In this document: positions 57,737 to 64,000 of the stretch, one piece after another | Position numbering within the stretch: the first letter of the stretch is position 1 | How the letters are laid out: each line of letters starts with the position of its first letter | Origin: Deltaproteobacteria bacterium | Lineage (GTDB): Bacteria; Myxococcota_A; UBA9160; SMWR01 | Direction of reading: 5' to 3' | Length of the DNA: 64,000 nucleotides | Assembly (NCBI GenBank): GCA_032128375.1 | Contig: JAQBGU010000063.1 | Coordinates: 1 to 64,000, forward strand | Translations under genes and position numbers: made by a program | Notes under the pieces: generated by a model | The model's database searches: none | Told to the model about the DNA's origin: nothing | Seen by the model: the letters and a program-made list of their open reading frames with translations, nothing else

Positions 57737-58864
57737 TCAGAGCGCCCCGTACAGCGCGGCCAGCGGACCGAACGCCCGCGTGTCGCCCAGCGTGTTCTGC
57801 GACATCTTGTTCATCACGTACGCGACACCCAGCTGTGCATCGGGATCGATCACCACCAGCGAGCCGCCCCAGCCTCCCCAGAAGAACGTTCGCGGATTCG
57901 GCCCTACCGGTAGATCGGTCGAAGTCAGCCCGAACCCGCACCCCCAGCGAATCGGAACGCCGAGCACCAGGTCCGTTCCGTAGTGCTGCTCTTCGATCGC
58001 TTTGGCGAGCGTGGCTTCGGACAGCAGCGTCGAACGGCCACCCGCGACCGCCCCTGCGATGCGCGCGACGGATCGCGCGTTGCCGTGACCGTTGGCGGCG
58101 GGGATCTCGGCGCGACGCCACTCGATGCGGTTTGCAACGTCTCCAGTGAGCGCCGGGTTTCCGATGGCCCGCGCAGCGACCGAAGTGGGGTCGGTATTCT
58201 CAGCTCCTGCATGCGCGCCGGGCGGAATCAGCAGGCCGACCCGCGCGTCGTGCTCGGCGCCGGTTCCGATATGGAAATCCGCACCCAGCGGCTCTGCGAT
58301 CTGCTCGCGAAAGAACTGGCCGATCGTGTCGCCAGACACCCGACGCACGACTTCGCCCAGCAGATAGCCGTGCGTGATCGCGTGATAACCACTCTGCGTT
58401 CCCGGCTCCCACCAGGGTTTCTGAGCGGCCAACAGTGAAACCGACTCGTCCCAGTCGAACAGGGTCTCGATCGAAATCGGTGTATCCCAACCCGGCAATC
58501 CCGACGTGTGGCTGAGCAACTGGCGAACGGGAATTTCCTGCTTGCCCTGCTGCGCGAACTCCGGCCACAAGCTGGCGACAGGAGCATCGAGATCGAGTTT
58601 CCCGCGATCGACGAGCAGCAACGTCGACAAGGCCGCCATCATCTTGGTCGTCGAAAAGACGTTGACGATCGTGTCGCTCTCCCACGGCCGCGTCTTGGCT
58701 CCATCGGCATGGCCCGCCCACAGGTCGATCACGCACTCCCCGCCGACGACGGCCGAAAACGACGCGCCGACTTCGACCCCCTGTTCGAAGTTCTTGCCGA
58801 ACGCCTCCCGCACCGCCGCGAACCGGGTGTCGCATTCGCCTTGAATTTCGATCGGGTCAGCCAT
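57737..58864 (-). CDS. Serine hydrolase, beta-lactamase-like family VIII esterase
   Basis: FSTTK (SxxK), LLSHTSGL, GYHAIT, WGGWGG. Confidence 0.93.
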   Translation of the reverse strand: MADPIEIQGECDTRFAAVREAFGKNFEQGVEVGASFSAVVGGECVIDLWAGHADGAKTRPWESDTIVNVFSTTKMMAALSTLLLVDRGKLDLDAPVASLWPEFAQQGKQEIPVRQLLSHTSGLPGWDTPISIETLFDWDESVSLLAAQKPWWEPGTQSGYHAITHGYLLGEVVRRVSGDTIGQFFREQIAEPLGADFHIGTGAEHDARVGLLIPPGAHAGAENTDPTSVAARAIGNPALTGDVANRIEWRRAEIPAANGHGNARSVARIAGAVAGGRSTLLSEATLAKAIEEQHYGTDLVLGVPIRWGCGFGLTSTDLPVGPNPRTFFWGGWGGSLVVIDPDAQLGVAYVMNKMSQNTLGDTRAFGPLAALYGAL

Positions 58865-58898
58865 GCGCCTTCTCCTGGTAGCTTTTTCCTCGTACCTT

Positions 58899-58922
58899 TC
58901 TGACTCTGACTCTGACTCTGAC
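58899..58922. repeat. Hexamer tandem repeat TCTGAC x4
   Basis: Four exact copies in a divergent intergenic region. Confidence 0.85.
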
Positions 58923-59021
58923 AATCTGCGTACTTCTGAGTGATCTCGCCGCGTGCGTCACGCGCCCAGGCGTGGCAGTGTAGAGGCTCCGGGGTAGAAT
59001 CAAGTCAACCAAGGAGCCCCC

Positions 59022-59960
59022 ATGTCCGAGCCCGCCGCGCCGATCGACCCGCTTTCGCAAATGATGATGAACAACATCCCCGAGACGGTGGAGGACATGC
59101 GCAACCTCCTCGACGCTTTCGGCGCCATGCTCAACGGCGGCCTGCCGGAAGTCGGCGCTTTCCACGAGAAGGTGGCCGTCGAAGGCTGCCCGTCCGAGGT
59201 CACCGCCGATGTGATCGTTCCCATCGGCGAAGGACCGTTCCCGGTACTCGTCTACCTGCACGGCGGTGGTTGGATTTGCGGTAGCCCGACGACACACAAG
59301 AAGCTCGCTCATCGCTTCGCGGAGGCGGGGTACCTGGTCTTCAACGTCGACTACCGCATGGCGCCGGAGTTCCCGTTTCCGACACCGTTCGAGGACTGCG
59401 TCGAATCCATCCGCTGGGCCGCGCGGGTCGCTGATCAGTATGGTGGCGACTCGAGTCGGCTCGCGGTCGGCGGAGATTCCGCGGGCGGCAACCTCTCGGC
59501 CGCGGCGGCCATCGCGCTGGCCGATGATCCGACGGTGACGATCTCTGCCGCGCTGCTGATCTACGGCGTGTTCGACTTTGCGACGATGGGCGCCGAATCG
59601 GCACGACCCGCGGAGGGGGTCACCGAAGAGATGGCGGCGGCCGGACCGAAACTCGTCGAGCTCATGATCGGCTCGTATCTCGGTCCGGAATCGGAACGCA
59701 AGAAGCTGTTGGGCGACCCGCGCGTCAGCCCAATCCATGCCGCGGACCGATTGCCGCCGTCGCATATCGTCTGCGGTGGTGCCGATCCGCTCGTCGAACA
59801 GGCCAAGGTCCTGAGCGAGACGCTCAGAAAAGCTGGAGTCGATCACGAACACGTCATCGTGCCCGACATGCCCCACGGCTACGCTCAGATGGAATTCTTC
59901 CCGCAGGCGCGTGAGAGTATCGATCGGATGGTCGCGTTCTTGAATCAGCGACTCGGTTGA
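59022..59960 (+). CDS. Alpha/beta hydrolase, HSL (family IV) esterase
   Basis: YLHGGGW, DYRMAPE, GDSAGG, DPL, HG. Confidence 0.94.
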   Translation: MSEPAAPIDPLSQMMMNNIPETVEDMRNLLDAFGAMLNGGLPEVGAFHEKVAVEGCPSEVTADVIVPIGEGPFPVLVYLHGGGWICGSPTTHKKLAHRFAEAGYLVFNVDYRMAPEFPFPTPFEDCVESIRWAARVADQYGGDSSRLAVGGDSAGGNLSAAAAIALADDPTVTISAALLIYGVFDFATMGAESARPAEGVTEEMAAAGPKLVELMIGSYLGPESERKKLLGDPRVSPIHAADRLPPSHIVCGGADPLVEQAKVLSETLRKAGVDHEHVIVPDMPHGYAQMEFFPQARESIDRMVAFLNQRLG

Positions 59961-60008
59961 ACGAGTCGAATTCGAGAGCTCGCGAAAACGCATCTCCTAT
60001 CTACGACA

Positions 60009-61196
60009 TCAGTCTTGGCTCGGCTTCCGACAGTCGAGTAGTTCGGGTCGTTCGCCTCTTCGCCCCCATACCACTGCGTTCTGGCGCCACCGGAAGCCCA
60101 GGCGGAGCGCTTCGTACCGGTCGACTCCGAACGCGAGAAAACTCTCCTCGGGCGTCCAGCCGGCTCTGCGCGGCCACCCCTTGCCAGCGAACACCGGCGA
60201 GTTCTTGCGGGAGAGCTCGCGTCGCAGATCGCGGTTGCGCTGTTGGTTGTCTTGCTCGTTGGATTGCTTCGATTCTGGATTCCAGGCCGTGATGAAGACC
60301 CAGCAGTCGAATCCGCGTTCGTCCAGCAACGCGTCGAGGGGGGCGCATAGACTGCCAAGCCGGATGACCACGCCGGGCAGCGTGACCGCCGCATAGTCGG
60401 TCTCGCGATAGGCATCCCAGAGCGCGGCGTCAGCGCCGGCCGGCCTTGTTGCCAGCTCGCTTGCCCCGGTTTCGCCCGAGCCGGACTCCATCAGGCGAAG
60501 CAGACTGTGCAGCAACTTCAGCTCACCAATCGCGGGCCTCGCCCTGCCGAACAGGCGGCGAAATTTCGCGAAGGTCACGGCGCGAAGGTTGTCGCCGGTG
60601 AACTTGCGCAGGTCGAGTGTTCGCTCGAGGTGTTGATAGAAGAACTCCATCTCGCTCTGGCTCGGGTACTGGCCGTTATCGCTCGCCTGGCTGCCCCGCA
60701 GGCCCTCGCGCGACGCCACCAAGACCTCGTAGCAAAGCAGTTGCACTGCGGAGGCGAGATTCAACGAAGAAAACCCTGCACTGGTTGGAATTCGCATCCA
60801 GAAGTTGCAGCGGTCGAGATCTTCGTTGGCGAGACCCGTTCGCTCCGGCCCAAAGATCGCAGCCACCGAGGCGCCGCTCGAGGACTCCTCGACGAGCATC
60901 TTTGCGGACTCGCGCGCATCGAGCACAGGTAGCGGGTGCGACCGCGTGCGCGCGGACCCGCCAATCACGAGCTGACAATCGTGGACCGCCTCAGCTGCGT
61001 CCTCCAGTACGATCGCGCCCTCGAGAACGTCCGCCGAACCGGCGGCTCTTCGCTCCGCTTCATCGCTGGGAAACTCCGATGGCCGAACCAGATAGAGCCT
61101 GGACAAGTTCATCGTCTTCATCGCGCGAGCGACGGCGCCGATATTGCCGGGGTGTTGCGGATCGATCAGAACGATCCGGATGTCATCGACGGGCAC
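60009..61196 (-). CDS. trmJ: tRNA (C32/U32) 2'-O-methyltransferase TrmJ fused to a C-terminal DUF3293-like domain
   Basis: IRIVLIDPQHPGNIGAVARAMKTM, FGPERTGL, SLNLASAVQL; then AYRETDY..FITAWNPES..EESFL..QNAVVW. Confidence 0.82.
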   Translation of the reverse strand: MPVDDIRIVLIDPQHPGNIGAVARAMKTMNLSRLYLVRPSEFPSDEAERRAAGSADVLEGAIVLEDAAEAVHDCQLVIGGSARTRSHPLPVLDARESAKMLVEESSSGASVAAIFGPERTGLANEDLDRCNFWMRIPTSAGFSSLNLASAVQLLCYEVLVASREGLRGSQASDNGQYPSQSEMEFFYQHLERTLDLRKFTGDNLRAVTFAKFRRLFGRARPAIGELKLLHSLLRLMESGSGETGASELATRPAGADAALWDAYRETDYAAVTLPGVVIRLGSLCAPLDALLDERGFDCWVFITAWNPESKQSNEQDNQQRNRDLRRELSRKNSPVFAGKGWPRRAGWTPEESFLAFGVDRYEALRLGFRWRQNAVVWGRRGERPELLDCRKPSQD

Positions 61197-61743
61197 GAGA
61201 CCTCGAGCGGCGAAAATGCGCCGGTAGTTGCAAACCGGCATTGAGCCTCTGGAATGCCGAGCCAGAAGTCAAGCCGAACCAGTGCGGGGCTGTCCCGACA
61301 TCCGGTGTCGAAAACCATCCAAGCGGGCCCGAGAGTTGGGTGACGCCCATTGCCCGGTACAGGCCGGCGGGCCTCGTCGAAATGTCGCTCCCTCGTGTCG
61401 ATGTCGCCGCAGAACTTCATTGTCGCCGGATCGTCGAATCCGCATGCCGCGCGAGCAAGTGCTCCCGAGTCCTTCGCGACGTGATCGGACGATATGGAAC
61501 TCCCAGCACACGCGTGACCTATGCATGCGTTCGTCGGGTCGCCAGGCCGTCTTCTGCCGATGGGTCCTTGGCTATTCAGAAGCAAATTCTGGCGTTCTTG
61601 TGAGTGGCGAACGCAACAGACGGTTTGCGATCGAGCAATCCAGGTACCGGGAGCCGAGGTCGATCGGATTTCGTTCGGACTCTCGAAAGCTACGATTCGC
61701 TCGATCGTCCGGTTCGTCGGGTGCCTCGTGCTGGGTCACGCTG

Positions 61744-61986
61744 CTATTCCAGCCCGTGCAGCCTTGCGGCGGTGTCGTGCATGACCTTGCGCAACACGTC
61801 CGTCGGAATGTCGCCCAACACGCGGTCGGCGTAGAGTCGTGGCTGAGTACCGACGCTGGCGGGGCCGGGCGCCTGACACGTCGGGTGTGGATAGTCGGTC
61901 TCGAACAAGATGTTGTCGGGGAACATTTCGAGAGCCGTCTTCACTCCGCGCACCTCGAATGCCTGTGAATTTCGGACTGGGGACAC
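61744..61986 (-). pseudogene. C-terminal fragment of an amidohydrolase_2 family protein
   Basis: DNILFETDYPH..RKVMHDTAARLHGL; there is no room for the N-terminal part. Confidence 0.65.
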
Positions 61987-62034
61987 TAGCCTACAGTTCC
62001 ATTCGGGCTTCGGGAACCATCATCAGGAGGAAGC

Positions 62035-64000
62035 GTGGCCTCAGATCGCGAAGAATTTGGCGGGAAAATCGGGCGGACCGTGGCGGAATCTTCGCCGTGG
62101 TGGCCCGACGCACCGAAGCCGCGCGACGGGAGTCCCAACGTCGTCGTGCTGTTGTTCGATGACACCGGTTTTTCGCATTTCGGCTGCTACGGGTCGACGA
62201 TCGAGACGCCGAATATCGACCGGTTGGCGGATGGAGGTCTTCGCTACACGAACTTTCATACCACAGCACTCTGCTCACCGACGCGCGCTTGCCTGCTGAC
62301 GGGACGCAACCATCACTCGGTCGGTATGCGCGCGGTCTCGAACTTCGACACCGGTTTCCCGAACATGCGGGGTTTCATTCCGACCAGCGCGGCGACCCTC
62401 GCCGAGATGTTGCGCGGCCAAGGCTACGGGACGTTCGCCACCGGCAAGTGGCACCTCGCACCGATGGAACAGTGCTCGGCGGCCGGACCGTTCGACCACT
62501 GGCCGCTGCGGCGCGGCTTCGATCAGTTCTACGGTTTTCTGCAAGGCGAAACCGATCAGTTTCACCCCGAACTCACCCGTGACAACCACCACATCGAGCC
62601 GCCGGCCGGTCCCGAAGCGGGCTACCACGTCAGCGAAGACATCATCGACCGGTCGATCGGCTACATCCGCGATCAAAAGTCGCTGCTGCCCGAGAAACCG
62701 TTCTTCCTGTACTGCTGCTTCGGTGCGACCCACGCGCCCCACCAGGCGCCCCAGGCCTTGTTGGAAAAGTACCGCGGCCGCTTCGATGCCGGCTGGGACC
62801 ACGCTCGCGACACCTGGTTCGCGCGCCAGAAGGAACTGGGGATCGTCCCGCCAGCAACGCAATTGGCTCCGCTCAACCCGGGCGTGCGGCCTTGGAACGA
62901 ACTCGATGCAGATGAGCAGGCTTTCGCAGCCCGCTTGCAGGAGGCATTCGCCGCGTTCCTGGATCACACCGATCAGCAGATCGGACGGCTCGTCGCGTTT
63001 CTCGAAAGCCTCGACGAACTCGACAACACTCTGGTGTTACTACTATCGGACAATGGAGCCTCGCAGGAAGGTGGCCCCAGCGGTGTTCGCGATGAATTCA
63101 AATACTTCAACGGCGTGCCCGAGGACATCGCGTCGGCGGTCGAGCACCTCGACGAGATCGGCGGCCCGCACAGTCACTCGAACTACCCGTGGGGCTGGGC
63201 GCAGGCGGGAAACACACCGCTCAAGCGCTACAAGCAGAACACCCACGCCGGCGGCGTGCGCGACCCGTTGATCATTCATTGGCCAGACGGTATCGCCGAC
63301 CGCGGCGGGATCCGCCACCAATTCCATCACGTGACCGACCTCTTGCCTACGGTGCTCGATGTGATCGGCATCGACGCACCCGGGATTTTCAACGGCGTCG
63401 CCCAGCAACCCGTCGCCGGGGTCAGCATGACCTATACGTTCGACGATCGATCCGCCGCGACTCAAAAGAAGACCCAGTACTTCGAGATGTTCGGACATCG
63501 CGGCATCTGGCACGACGGTTGGAAGGCAGTGGCATTCCATCGACCCGGGACCGACTTCGAAGACGATGAATGGGAGCTGTACCACCTCGACGAGGATTTC
63601 TCCGAGTGCAACGACCTCGCCAAGCAACGCCCAGAAAAACTGCGCGAGCTCATCGAGCGCTGGTGGGCCGAAGCGGGTCAGCACAGCGTGCTTCCACTCG
63701 ACGACCGAACCGTCCAACTCTTCGCGGGGTCGCGACGGCCCGGAACCACCCGCGCGCGAAACCCGTTCATCTACTATCCGCCGATTTCGCACATTCCTTC
63801 CGACGCCAGTCCACCGCTGGGAAATCGCTCGTGGCGGCTCAGCGCCGAGATCGATCGCGCAAGTTCCGATCAGCAGGGGGTATTTGCAGCCGTCGGTACG
63901 ATCAATTGCGGGCTGACTTTCTATCTCAAAGACCAACACCTGGTGTTCGACTACAACTGGTTCGGAGAGCACACGAAAGTCGTATCGAATACGCAAGTCC
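62035..64000 (+). CDS. Arylsulfatase (runs off window end; absent from the ORF track)
   Basis: AGGAGG RBS, GTG start; PNVVVLLFDDTG, TPNIDRLA, CSPTRACLLTGR formylglycine motif, GKWHL, SDNG. Confidence 0.93.
   Translation, partial: MASDREEFGGKIGRTVAESSPWWPDAPKPRDGSPNVVVLLFDDTGFSHFGCYGSTIETPNIDRLADGGLRYTNFHTTALCSPTRACLLTGRNHHSVGMRAVSNFDTGFPNMRGFIPTSAATLAEMLRGQGYGTFATGKWHLAPMEQCSAAGPFDHWPLRRGFDQFYGFLQGETDQFHPELTRDNHHIEPPAGPEAGYHVSEDIIDRSIGYIRDQKSLLPEKPFFLYCCFGATHAPHQAPQALLEKYRGRFDAGWDHARDTWFARQKELGIVPPATQLAPLNPGVRPWNELDADEQAFAARLQEAFAAFLDHTDQQIGRLVAFLESLDELDNTLVLLLSDNGASQEGGPSGVRDEFKYFNGVPEDIASAVEHLDEIGGPHSHSNYPWGWAQAGNTPLKRYKQNTHAGGVRDPLIIHWPDGIADRGGIRHQFHHVTDLLPTVLDVIGIDAPGIFNGVAQQPVAGVSMTYTFDDRSAATQKKTQYFEMFGHRGIWHDGWKAVAFHRPGTDFEDDEWELYHLDEDFSECNDLAKQRPEKLRELIERWWAEAGQHSVLPLDDRTVQLFAGSRRPGTTRARNPFIYYPPISHIPSDASPPLGNRSWRLSAEIDRASSDQQGVFAAVGTINCGLTFYLKDQHLVFDYNWFGEHTKVVSNTQV

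Noticed and set aside
57737..58864. Beta-lactamase (resistance gene)
   Set aside because: No signal peptide, a WGG motif and an esterase-rich context point to a family VIII carboxylesterase.

Overview
GC-rich bacterial DNA. Gene content (PEP-CTERM protein, PqiABC, HpnN-like RND, many lipid/steroid catabolic enzymes, cyclase-STAND proteins) suggests a Gram-negative Myxococcota/Binatia-like organism; this is inference only. No rRNA, tRNA, CRISPR array or transposase was recognised. Three parts. (1) 1-13.8 kb: a co-directional tandem array of NLR-like proteins (N-terminal zinc-ribbon or HTH-like domain, class III nucleotide cyclase, STAND/AAA NTPase, divergent TPR-like C-terminus), mostly linked by overlapping stop/start codons. 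It has four long copies and three decayed copies, and all three visible cyclase domains share the same non-canonical active-site residues. (2) 14-33 kb: a putative sterol/steroid-modifying region. It contains TetR, a CYP51-ferredoxin fusion, a duplicated-domain unknown protein, a KstD-like flavoprotein, an OYE-type reductase, an NTF2/KSI-like protein, patatin, a Rieske oxygenase and an HpnN/MMPL transporter, with a pqiAABC (MCE) operon inside it in the opposite orientation. (3) 33-64 kb: mixed metabolic genes (cytochrome c peroxidase, GH3, crotonases, an acyl-CoA dehydrogenase pair, esterases, D-aminoacylase, nucleoside hydrolase, arylsulfatase), a PEP-CTERM protein and an apparent TrmJ-DUF3293 fusion. 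Non-coding signals include a two-copy 67-bp double-hairpin element with a compensatory base change, several intergenic short tandem repeats and a probable TetR operator. Three single-base frameshifts in short homopolymer runs suggest possible sequencing errors. All family calls come from motif recognition by eye, not from database searches.
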